Shown piece by piece: positions 18,113 to 26,861 of a stretch of 60,396 nucleotides of DNA; within the stretch, counting starts at the first letter, position 1, and every line of letters begins with the position of its first letter. The DNA comes from Comamonas sp. lk. GTDB taxonomy: Bacteria > Pseudomonadota > Gammaproteobacteria > Burkholderiales > Burkholderiaceae_C. Under the pieces are notes generated by a model. It was not told where the DNA came from, made no database searches, and saw only the letters and a program-made list of their open reading frames with translations. The position numbers and the translations under genes are program-made. The stretch is taken from the NCBI GenBank assembly GCA_943324505.2, contig CALPLW020000001.1, positions 1-60,396 of the forward strand, in the 5' to 3' direction.

Positions 18113-20029
18113 TCATGCTGGAACGCGATGGCGTTTGGCTTGATCGCTGCTTCGCCAGGCGTCCACCACCGTGCCAAGTGGTGGTGTCCATACTTGGTCA
18201 AGAGACAACGCGTGGTCCAGGATGCGTTCAAACAGGGCGATCCGCAGCGGCGCACCCATGATCCATGGACGCACACAAAAATGAAATAACCTGGCGGATG
18301 CGCGGGCGTCCTGATTCAGTTGGTCAAGTGCTTTCTTGAAGTGGTCTTCAAACATATCCATATTGCACATGCGGTTGATCAGCACCGTCTGGTCGTCAAA
18401 GTCGGCCCACAACGGAGTTGCCACCATTTGATGGGGTGTGCGCATAACGTAGGGCTGCTCATCATTGGCCCAATCGGACAGGAACTCCACGCCCTGTTCG
18501 CACAGCAATTGGGGTGTCACCGTGGACTCGCTGTAATCAGCACCAAACCAACCTCGTGTCTGAATGCCGCAGGCATTCAGACGGTCCAGGGTTTCAGCGA
18601 TATACAGTCGCTCTTGCTGCACAGTCATGGCGCTTGTTTGCGGGCGCGTTACCGACTGGCCATGCGCTATGAATTCAGCGCCGGCCTTTACAAGCTGATC
18701 GAGCAGGTCGGGGTATTGCTCAGCCGTCAGGACGTCGATGGCCACGGTGGGTTTGAGCCCACGTTGTCGCAAGGCATCCAGCAAACGGAAAACGCCTACC
18801 CGATGCCCATACTCACGGGTGGAGACCCGAGAAATATTCGGAAAATCCCGACTTAGTCCGCCGCCGACGCTTCGAATTTGTGGCCACCCATCAGGCAGTG
18901 GGTCCTCATAAGACTCCAGAACGATCAAAGGAACAAATGCCAATTGCCGCTCGCCGGGCCACTTCAGGCGGGGGCGGCTGGGCCAGGGGTTCCATGAGGC
19001 GTGCGGGTGGTCGTAGCCGGCCGCCCTCGTGGCTGGCCAAGGGCCGGTCGCGATGGGTGTTTGCAGCACTGCTCGAGGCACCACGGTGGGCCTGGCCGCC
19101 GCCCGCGTGAGACTGGCTTCATGCAGCTGCGTTGCATGGGCCAGCTGTTCGTCGTAATGATGGGCCAGGTAGTGTTCTGCAATGTCGTCGCCTGTGGCGT
19201 ACCAGACACCATCGTGGCGACTGATGTGGTCGAGGATTTCCCGCAAGTGGCCAACATGGTGTGGCTGACCGATTTGGTAGGGGTGCAGTGCAATGCAAAA
19301 GACGCGGCCGCCTTGATCACTTTCGGCATACAGCCGGTCAAATGCGGCCTTGCAAGCCTCCACAAAATAGCGACCGCCATAGGGTCGGCCGTCCCAGAGC
19401 GGCGCATCGTTCAGGTCGTACGAGTAGGGCATCGAGACCAGCTTTCTCCCCGGCACGATGATGGGGACAGGCACGTCGTCGTGCACCCAGTCGGCGTGAT
19501 ACAGCATGCCGGACTCGGCAATGAGCGCTGGCGTGCGTTCAGTGTTGGTGATCGCCGGTGTGAGAATGCCTTTGAGGTCTTGGCCGGTATGGCGCTTGAG
19601 TGAATCAATGTTGTCCCGATAAAAAGCCCGCTCCTGTGCTTCATCCATGCCATACAAAAATCGCGTGTTGTAGATGCCATGGCTCATGACGCCCCATTGG
19701 CGTTGACGGATCAGGGTCGCAATATCAGGGAAATGGTCCAGCAGGGCGAGGTTGAGTGACACGGTGGGGCGAACTGGGTAGTCTTGCAGCACCTCGTCCA
19801 TCCGCCACAAGCCCACGCGGTTGCCGTAATCCCGGAAACCATACTCACGCACGTCAGGGTGAGAGGGCACCCGGTCCCAAGTTTCGCGGCCTACGGCGGG
19901 TGGCGGGGTGTACTCGTAAAACTCAATATTGGGAACAATCCATACGGCCAGGCGCTTGCCTCCCGGCCACTGGATGGGGGGGCGGCTGCTGACTGGCGCG
20001 TAACGAACAAAGTCGCGAATGGATTTCAT
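18113..20029 (-). CDS. Tandem two-domain polysaccharide-deacetylase (CE4, PuuE-like) protein
   Basis: Two repeats of RP...WPG...LA, R(D/E)YG.RVG..R, HG, W..D..P and (L/F)(N/D)D. Domain 1 ends with ALHPY.IGQP and domain 2 with VRPW.MGAP. Confidence 0.8.
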   Translation of the reverse strand: MKSIRDFVRYAPVSSRPPIQWPGGKRLAVWIVPNIEFYEYTPPPAVGRETWDRVPSHPDVREYGFRDYGNRVGLWRMDEVLQDYPVRPTVSLNLALLDHFPDIATLIRQRQWGVMSHGIYNTRFLYGMDEAQERAFYRDNIDSLKRHTGQDLKGILTPAITNTERTPALIAESGMLYHADWVHDDVPVPIIVPGRKLVSMPYSYDLNDAPLWDGRPYGGRYFVEACKAAFDRLYAESDQGGRVFCIALHPYQIGQPHHVGHLREILDHISRHDGVWYATGDDIAEHYLAHHYDEQLAHATQLHEASLTRAAARPTVVPRAVLQTPIATGPWPATRAAGYDHPHASWNPWPSRPRLKWPGERQLAFVPLIVLESYEDPLPDGWPQIRSVGGGLSRDFPNISRVSTREYGHRVGVFRLLDALRQRGLKPTVAIDVLTAEQYPDLLDQLVKAGAEFIAHGQSVTRPQTSAMTVQQERLYIAETLDRLNACGIQTRGWFGADYSESTVTPQLLCEQGVEFLSDWANDEQPYVMRTPHQMVATPLWADFDDQTVLINRMCNMDMFEDHFKKALDQLNQDARASARLFHFCVRPWIMGAPLRIALFERILDHALSLDQVWTPPLGTVVDAWRSSDQAKRHRVPA

Positions 20030-20062
20030 GCCGGGGCAATCGTTTTCGGTAATGAATTAAGC

Positions 20063-21439
20063 TCAGTGGATGATCGGTAGCTGTATGTCGACAGCCCCGG
20101 AGAGAGAGACCAATTGTTGCAGGCTCTGGTACAGGCGCTCCCCGGCCGCAGTGTCAACTTTGGCATGGCGGACGCAGCCCATGAATTTGGCATGAACATC
20201 ACCCGCTGACAGAGGCGTGTCGGCATGCCCAGTGGCACGTCGCACTGGGCTGGTGCTGACCGTCGTGCCATTCTGCAAATGCACGGTAACCTGGTCAAAC
20301 GGCGCCGCATCTCGCCAATCTGGTTCAAAAGCGCTGGTGGTCTCGAGCGTGATGCAACGCATCAGCGCTTGCATTGCCGGGTCGAGGACCACAGCATCCT
20401 GCAATTCGTTGAAACCAACTGCGTTGTGGCGCAGGGCGCTGGCAATGGCAAACTCCAGGCTGAACTTGGCCTCCAGTGCATTTTGCGGGAGGTGGTAGGG
20501 CATCACGGCTGCGTGGCGCTCGCTGATGAGGGCGACCATTTTCTCGACTTGGGCCGGGTCAATCCGCGTGCGCTGGTTGAGCCCTAAAACGGCGTCGATG
20601 CTGCGTTGCGCAGCGCCAACGACCGGGTATTTTTTGATGTTCAGCCGGCGGGCGCTAATGTGCCAACTGTCACCGCGGTGAATAGGTGACTGGAGGTCGA
20701 CATTGCCAAGCGGCGAGAAGGCGCGCAACAGACCGTGCCGCCCTTCGAGCGCGGTCGCGCTGGCTTCGAGGCCGCAGGCGGCCATCGCTGCTGCGGTGAC
20801 GCCGGCGCTGGCGGCGCGGCCGCCATGGTAGGGCTTGGCCATGGTGCCAAAATTTTCAAAAATACCCCCCGCACTTGACGCCGCCAGTGCCAGGGCGTGG
20901 CGGGTTTGTGTTGCGCTCAATCCCTGGACGACGGCCGCGGCTGCCGCAGCACCCACGGTGCCCAGGATCGCCGTTGGATGCCAGCCTTTGTCGTAATAAA
21001 GGTCTCTCTCGCGTAGAAATAGGTCAGCCCACACTTCGTAGCCCACGGCATAGGCTCTTGCCATCGTGGCGCCAGATGCTGGATGCGCGTCTGCCACCGC
21101 CAGAATGGTAGGAACCAGAACGGCACTGGGATGGTTTGAAAAAGCGAAATCGTCATAGTCCAGCGCGTGCGCGGCCGTTGCATTGATCAGGGCGGCCTGG
21201 GCGGTTGGGAGTGCCTCTTGGCAAGAGACCACGCGTGCATGGGGTTGGCCACCCTGCATGAGTGCCCACTGTGTCAGTCTGCAAACTGCGTTTTCGCGGG
21301 CCCCAGCCAACATCACGCCGATGGCGTCGGTAAAACCCAGAACCACGACTTCCTGTATCTCGGGTGGCATTGTCCAGGCCGCCGAGTCAGCAACGAAGTC
21401 TGCGTACGCTTGCGTCAGAGGGGGTGTTATTGCATGCAA
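20063..21439 (-). CDS. MmgE/PrpD family protein
   Basis: AALINATAAHALDYDD, HPS, GYEV, GWHPT, GTMAKP.H.G, K.YP and AKFS motifs. Confidence 0.9.
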   Translation of the reverse strand: MHAITPPLTQAYADFVADSAAWTMPPEIQEVVVLGFTDAIGVMLAGARENAVCRLTQWALMQGGQPHARVVSCQEALPTAQAALINATAAHALDYDDFAFSNHPSAVLVPTILAVADAHPASGATMARAYAVGYEVWADLFLRERDLYYDKGWHPTAILGTVGAAAAAAVVQGLSATQTRHALALAASSAGGIFENFGTMAKPYHGGRAASAGVTAAAMAACGLEASATALEGRHGLLRAFSPLGNVDLQSPIHRGDSWHISARRLNIKKYPVVGAAQRSIDAVLGLNQRTRIDPAQVEKMVALISERHAAVMPYHLPQNALEAKFSLEFAIASALRHNAVGFNELQDAVVLDPAMQALMRCITLETTSAFEPDWRDAAPFDQVTVHLQNGTTVSTSPVRRATGHADTPLSAGDVHAKFMGCVRHAKVDTAAGERLYQSLQQLVSLSGAVDIQLPIIH

Positions 21440-21440
21440 T
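21429..21440. promoter_or_regulatory. Putative GntR-family operator (ATTGCATGCAAT)
   Basis: Perfect 12-bp palindrome overlapping the predicted TTG start of the MmgE/PrpD gene. Confidence 0.65.
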
Positions 21441-21514
21441 TTATGCCGTCCAAATCTTGGGAAAAGGTGATTAACGAGGCTTTAATGGATAAATTCTGCT
21501 TTCTGCCGAGTATT

Positions 21515-21524
21515 ATGCATACAA
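21515..21524. promoter_or_regulatory. Putative GntR-family operator (ATGCATACAA)
   Basis: Reverse complement TTGTATGCAT, about 30 nt upstream of the amidase ATG. Confidence 0.55.
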
Positions 21525-21553
21525 TTCTGATCTGCGCAACATTTGGAAAATGA

Positions 21554-22855
21554 ATGGACTTGTGGCAATTGACAGCGACTGAAGCGGGCGCCCGGATGGC
21601 GGGCGGGGCGCTCAGCAGCGAGGCTTACACCCGCGCCTGTCTAGCGAGAATTCTCGAGCGTGAGCCGCTGGTGAAGGCCTGGGCGCATCTGGACGCTGAA
21701 GGGGCTTTGGCGCAGGCCCGTGCTCGCGATCGAGAACCCCGACGCAGCCCCTTGCATGGCCTCCCTGTTGGTCTCAAGGATGTGATCCGGACCAAAGATT
21801 TGCCAACCACTTTCAATTCCCCGATCTACGCGGGGCATCAGGCGAATGAGGATGCACACCGTGTGGCCGTCCTGCGAGCGCTCGGCGCGGTGGTGCTGGG
21901 AAAGACACAAACGCTGGAATTTGCCTGCGGCGGTCAATTTCCCCAGACCTGCAACCCCTGGGATTTCACCCGAACGCCTGGGGGGTCTTCGTCCGGGTCG
22001 GGGGCTGCAGTAGCTGATGGCATGGTCCCGCTGGCTTTGGGTACGCAGACCGGCGGCTCAACCATTCGACCCGCAGCATTTTGCGGTGTCTACGGCATGA
22101 AACCAACTTGGGGTCGTATTCCATTTGACGGTATCAAGAGTTTTGCGCCGCATTTGGACACGGTGGGGCTGTTTGCCCGCAGCGTCGACGACCTTCGACT
22201 CCTGCTTCAAGCGTATGCCCTGCATGAACTGCCAGCCCCCGTGGTACCCGGTTGGCGTGAACTGCGGCTGGGCATCTGCCGCACACCCTACTGGGACGAG
22301 GCGGAGCCGCAAGCTCAGTCTGCTTTCGAGGCAGCGTTGCTTCGATTGCGGGATGCCGGTGTGCGCTTGATCGAGCTTCCGTGGGCCCCGGAATTTGCCG
22401 ATATCAACCGCTGGCAGGACGACATCATGCAGGACGGCGGACGCTCAGCGTTCTGGCCCGAAATGCTGCTCGAACCGGATCGGCTGCATGGCGATTTCAA
22501 GGCCAAACTACAAAACCATCTGGGACTGACCCCTGAACGCATTCGGTCGTCGCTGGATTCTGTAGCCAGGTGCCGTATGGCCTTCGAGCAGTCCATGACG
22601 GATGTGGACGCTGTGCTGGGCTTGAGCGCCCCGGGAGTAGCACCTTTAGGACTTCAAACGCAAGGCATGGCAACGTTCAACCGCCTTTGGACAGCGTTGC
22701 AAGTTCCTTGCATCACTATGCCGGTGTTATGGAGCGTCGAGGGCTTGCCGATGGGGCTGCAATTGACACACCGCCGCTATGAGGACCACCGTTTGCTCGA
22801 AGTTGCGGCCAGCCTAGCGCCTTTACTTGACCTGAGAAAGAACCTATGGAACTGA
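21554..22855 (+). CDS. Amidase signature family enzyme
   Basis: PLHGLPVGLKD (Lys), GKT, NP.D..RTPGGSSSGS and GTQTGGSTIRPAAFCG (Ser-cisSer-Lys triad). Confidence 0.9.
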   Translation: MDLWQLTATEAGARMAGGALSSEAYTRACLARILEREPLVKAWAHLDAEGALAQARARDREPRRSPLHGLPVGLKDVIRTKDLPTTFNSPIYAGHQANEDAHRVAVLRALGAVVLGKTQTLEFACGGQFPQTCNPWDFTRTPGGSSSGSGAAVADGMVPLALGTQTGGSTIRPAAFCGVYGMKPTWGRIPFDGIKSFAPHLDTVGLFARSVDDLRLLLQAYALHELPAPVVPGWRELRLGICRTPYWDEAEPQAQSAFEAALLRLRDAGVRLIELPWAPEFADINRWQDDIMQDGGRSAFWPEMLLEPDRLHGDFKAKLQNHLGLTPERIRSSLDSVARCRMAFEQSMTDVDAVLGLSAPGVAPLGLQTQGMATFNRLWTALQVPCITMPVLWSVEGLPMGLQLTHRRYEDHRLLEVAASLAPLLDLRKNLWN

Positions 22856-23577
22856 TCAATCGCGGTGCCGAGCCTGATCTCGCCACGGTGGGACTGGACG
22901 CCAGAAAAGCATTCCAAATCATGATCAGTGGCGGTGTGACCGTCCTGCCGCTGAGTGTGTCTTACGCCATATTCGCCAATACCGCCCATGGCGTTGAGCG
23001 CATTTACAAGCTAAAAAATCGCCCGCAAACCAAGCCCAATGGGGTGATTGGTAATTGGGATATTTTTTCTGATGTCTTTCAGACCGAAAGCCGTGACCGG
23101 GATCTGGTGCGGTGCCTCACACTTGACAATGACCTGCCGCTGTCTGTTGTCGCGCCGTTCAATCCCCATCACGACTGGCTGCGAACCGTTGAATTCGGCG
23201 CGCTCCGTCGCTCCACCAAAGCGCTGACCATGGACTTGCTGATGCATGCGGGGCCTTTGCATGATGAGTTGGCCCGAATGAGCCTGGAATCAGCCAAACC
23301 ACTGATGGGGTCTTCTGCGAACCTTTCAGGTTCAGGCAGTAAATTCAGACTGGAAGATGTCCAGGAATCATTGAGGCAAGGCTGTGATCTGGTTCTCGAC
23401 TATGGCACATCGCGCTACATCAATGCCATGCAAATGGGCAGCACGATCATCGAATTGCCAGGTTGGAAAATACTCCGCTGGGGTGGTTGCTTTGAAGAAC
23501 AGGCCCGCTTGGTCCTAAAGCATTTTGGCGTCAGTCTTGAGCCGCGCCCAGACTCTGGGCCATGGACGCTGGTGTGA
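22846..23577 (+). CDS. Divergent YrdC/Sua5 (TsaC)-like protein, paralogue 2
   Basis: GG..VLP....Y, RIY.LK.RP..KP, GSSANLSG, D.VLD.G, GSTII and ILR.G motifs. Colinear with 14377-15069. Confidence 0.75.
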   Translation: MELINRGAEPDLATVGLDARKAFQIMISGGVTVLPLSVSYAIFANTAHGVERIYKLKNRPQTKPNGVIGNWDIFSDVFQTESRDRDLVRCLTLDNDLPLSVVAPFNPHHDWLRTVEFGALRRSTKALTMDLLMHAGPLHDELARMSLESAKPLMGSSANLSGSGSKFRLEDVQESLRQGCDLVLDYGTSRYINAMQMGSTIIELPGWKILRWGGCFEEQARLVLKHFGVSLEPRPDSGPWTLV

Positions 23578-23604
23578 TGCAACGGCAAGTAAATCGTATT
23601 GACC

Positions 23605-24801
23605 ATGGCACTTGAGCATTTGACCGTCCTGGACCTGACCCACATGCTGTCTGGACCTTACGGCACCATGATGCTCGCAGACTTAGGCGCTCGCACCATC
23701 AAGATAGAGCCGCCGGGATCAGGTGAGGCGACCCGACGCCTGCTCGAGCACGATAAGGACTACGCGGCGGATGGCATGGGGGCCTACTTCCTCACGCTCA
23801 ACCGGAACAAAGAGAGCGTGTGTATCGATTTGAAGAGCCAAGAGGGCCGGCAGGTATTCCTGGATCTGGTGCGTTTGGCGGATGTGGTGTTCGATAATTT
23901 CAGCGTCGGTGTGACCCAGCGGCTAGGGATTGACCATGCGGTACTGGCCGGCGTCAATCCGAGAATCATTACCTGCTCTGTGACAGGGTTTGGCGAGACC
24001 GGTCCGGACGTCCATCGGCCGGCCTTCGACCAAGTGGTGCAGGCCATGGGTGGTGGCATGTCCATCACCGGAACACCCGAGACCGGACCGACCCGCAGTG
24101 GCATCCCAATCGGCGATTTGGGCGGCGGCATATTTGGCACGCTGGGTGTCCTGGCTGCAGTCGCAGAGCGGGAGCGCACTGGCAGGGGGCAGCATGTGGA
24201 TGTCGCTATGCTGGATGCCCAAATCTCCATGCTCAATTACATGGCGACCATGAGCCTGATGTCAGACATCGTGCCGCATGGCGCGGGCAATGGCCATTTT
24301 GTGCATGTGCCCTACAACAGCTACCCGACGTCAGATGGCCATATCATCGTGGCCTGTATTGGGGACCCCTTCTTTATGCGTTTTGTGGATTTCATTGACA
24401 TCCCTGAACTGAAGAATCCTGAATTGACAGCGCAACCGGTTCGTTTCGCGATGAAGGCCGAGATCGATGCCCTGATTGCCGCCAAACTGCGGACGCAGAC
24501 GACGGCCTATTGGCAGGGGGCACTTGACGCGGTCAGGATACCCAATGGTCCCGTGAACAATTTCGCGCAAGCCTTGAACAGCGCGCAAGTCAGGGCCAGG
24601 CAGATGGTTGTATCCGTTGAGCTGAAAAATGGGCAGTCAGTGGAAATGCCTGGTAACCCTATCAAATTGTCGAACACGACAGAACCGCGATTCACCTGCC
24701 CACCCGGACTGGGCGAACACACTGAGAGCGTGCTGCGCGAACTTGGGGGCTACAGCACAGAAAAGTTGACGCACTTGAAGCTAGCGGGCGCGATCGCCTG
24801 A
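23605..24801 (+). CDS. Class III CoA-transferase (CaiB/BaiF)
   Basis: VLDLT..LSGP....LADLGA..IKIE, NRNKES..IDLK, GFG.TGP and D..GG motifs. Confidence 0.92.
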   Translation: MALEHLTVLDLTHMLSGPYGTMMLADLGARTIKIEPPGSGEATRRLLEHDKDYAADGMGAYFLTLNRNKESVCIDLKSQEGRQVFLDLVRLADVVFDNFSVGVTQRLGIDHAVLAGVNPRIITCSVTGFGETGPDVHRPAFDQVVQAMGGGMSITGTPETGPTRSGIPIGDLGGGIFGTLGVLAAVAERERTGRGQHVDVAMLDAQISMLNYMATMSLMSDIVPHGAGNGHFVHVPYNSYPTSDGHIIVACIGDPFFMRFVDFIDIPELKNPELTAQPVRFAMKAEIDALIAAKLRTQTTAYWQGALDAVRIPNGPVNNFAQALNSAQVRARQMVVSVELKNGQSVEMPGNPIKLSNTTEPRFTCPPGLGEHTESVLRELGGYSTEKLTHLKLAGAIA

Positions 24802-24810
24802 GGCGAAGCT

Positions 24811-25758
24811 GTGGAGTCGATCTGGATCACTGACGTCTCCCCGCGGGACGGACTGCAAAACCAGCCGAAACATTTATCAACCCACGAAAAGCTGGCGTTG
24901 ATACGCCTGTTGGTTGCGGCCGGCTTGGAGCGGATCGAGGTCACCAGTTTTGTCTCTCCATCGGCAGTGCCTCAAATGGCGGATGCTGCCGATCTGCTTT
25001 CGCTTGTGATTTCGGAGTTTCCAAAGCTGCAGTCGACGGTCCTTGTGCCTAACCTTAAGGGCTTGGAGCGTGCCCGTCTTGCAGGGGCAAGCGAAATATC
25101 GGTGGTGCTTGCAGCCACGGACACCATGAACCGCAAAAACATCAATCAGGGCTTGGCGGATGCGACGCGGAATTGTCAGGACACAGTTCGTGCGGCGAGG
25201 GCAATGGGCATGCGTACTCGGGCGTATCTTGCCGTTGCCTTTGATTGTCCCTTTGAAGGGGTCACGCCACTTCCGACGCTTTTGGCTCTGGCGCAACAGA
25301 TGCAGGCTGCCCAAGTGGATGAAATTGTGATCGCGGACACGATTGGCTCTGCCACCCCCGGCAGAGTGCGCGATTGCCTGAGCGTGCTGGCCAGGGCGAT
25401 CCCTACGAATCAGCTGGCGATGCACTTCCACGATACCCGGGGTCTGGCTGTGGCCAATGCCTGGGCTGCATTGGAGGCCGGTATTCGTCGTTTTGATGCG
25501 AGCGCGGGTGGTCTTGGTGGTTGCCCATTTGCGCCCGGCGCGGCGGGTAATCTGGCCACAGAGGATTTGGTGTTGATGGCCCAGGGAAGTGGGTTCCAGA
25601 CGAACATTGACATAGGCAGCTTGCTCGACGTGATCGAGTTCGCTCAGCTTAAGTTGGATCGTCCGTTGGGTGGGCGGTCCTATTCATGGCTCGCGCTTCA
25701 AAAACAAAAAGGTGATCTTGGCCCGCACGGGCTGTCCGAGGGTCAATCAGACGCCTAG
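24811..25758 (+). CDS. Hydroxymethylglutaryl-CoA lyase-like (DRE-TIM) enzyme
   Basis: DVSPRDGLQN, SFVSP..VPQMAD, LVPNLKG, DTIG, HFHDTRG and GLGGCPFAPGA.GN.ATED motifs. Confidence 0.9.
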   Translation: MESIWITDVSPRDGLQNQPKHLSTHEKLALIRLLVAAGLERIEVTSFVSPSAVPQMADAADLLSLVISEFPKLQSTVLVPNLKGLERARLAGASEISVVLAATDTMNRKNINQGLADATRNCQDTVRAARAMGMRTRAYLAVAFDCPFEGVTPLPTLLALAQQMQAAQVDEIVIADTIGSATPGRVRDCLSVLARAIPTNQLAMHFHDTRGLAVANAWAALEAGIRRFDASAGGLGGCPFAPGAAGNLATEDLVLMAQGSGFQTNIDIGSLLDVIEFAQLKLDRPLGGRSYSWLALQKQKGDLGPHGLSEGQSDA

Positions 25759-25863
25759 AGCTGGATCGGTCGGCGTGGGCTGATGGCCAGGATTCGTGAT
25801 GATTTTTGCCAGGGCGCAGGCACTATCATCGAGGCTACCAAGACCACACTATTTGGAGATGTT

Positions 25864-26847
25864 ATGGCCCACTCTTGCCGACCAGCGCTTGCAGCGCTGG
25901 CCTCCTTTGCTGTTCTGTCACTCATGGCCCCGCTGTCCGCACTCGGACAGGCCTGGCCCGCCAAGCAACCGATCAAGCTGGTGGCGGTATTTCCGCCCGG
26001 CGGCTCGGTGGACCAGGTGGCGCGGCTGCTGGCGCCGGCTTTGTCACAGCAACTTGGCCAATCGGTGGTCGTCGAGAACAAGGGTGGGGCCTCGGGCTCG
26101 ATTGGCGCCGCGGCCGTGGCAGCGGCCCCGCCGGATGGCTACACCTTTGCCGTGGTGTTTGACAGCCATGGCGTCAACCCCAGCCTAATCCCGAGCATGC
26201 CATTTGACTCCAAAAAGGACCTCAGCCCAGTGGTGCTGATCGGTACCGCGCCGATGGTCTTAGGGACACCAGCTGGCTCAGAGTTCAAGACGCTGGCGGA
26301 CGTCGTGACCGCCGCGCGCAGCCCCAAGGGCGCGAGTTACGGCACCATCGGCTCGGGCAGCCTGGGGCACCTGGCTATGGCGCTGCTAGGCAAGGGCAAC
26401 GGGCTTGATTTTCAGCACATTCCCTACAAAGGCGGCGGACCCTTGATGAACGATGCGGTAGCGGGCCATGTGCCGCTGGCGATCGGCTCTGTGTTTTTGC
26501 TCAAGCCCTTTATCGACAACAAACGGTTGCGGCCGTTGGCAGTGACCACCAGCAAGCGTTCGCCTGATCTGCCTGAAGTGCCGACTCTGGCTGAACTGGG
26601 TTTTGCAGGCTTTGAAGCCCCAGCCTGGTGGGCGGTGCTAGCCCCGGCCCGCACGCCGCCAGACATCATGGCAAAAATGAACGATGCGCTGAACAAGGCC
26701 ATGAAAACCCCTGATTTGGCCAAGCGCCTTGATGCCCAGGGTATCGATGTGGTGGGCGGGGTGCCCGAGGTGGCGCGGGTGTTCATTGAGCGCCAGATGG
26801 ACGTCTGGGGCAAAGTGGTCAAGGACAACAATATCAAGGCCGAATAG
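25864..26847 (+). CDS. Bug/TctC tripartite tricarboxylate transporter substrate-binding protein
   Basis: WP...IKLV..FPPGG..D..AR, VVVENK.GASG.IG, PPDGYT and HIPYKGG motifs. Confidence 0.92.
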   Translation: MAHSCRPALAALASFAVLSLMAPLSALGQAWPAKQPIKLVAVFPPGGSVDQVARLLAPALSQQLGQSVVVENKGGASGSIGAAAVAAAPPDGYTFAVVFDSHGVNPSLIPSMPFDSKKDLSPVVLIGTAPMVLGTPAGSEFKTLADVVTAARSPKGASYGTIGSGSLGHLAMALLGKGNGLDFQHIPYKGGGPLMNDAVAGHVPLAIGSVFLLKPFIDNKRLRPLAVTTSKRSPDLPEVPTLAELGFAGFEAPAWWAVLAPARTPPDIMAKMNDALNKAMKTPDLAKRLDAQGIDVVGGVPEVARVFIERQMDVWGKVVKDNNIKAE

Positions 26848-26861
26848 CACCGGCCAGGGGA

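Noticed and set aside
5465-25800. att-like direct repeats at the island edges (ATGGCTGGATT near 5470 versus ATGGCCAGGATT near 25783)
   Set aside because: Short, gapped similarity compatible with chance, and no integrase or tRNA target is adjacent.
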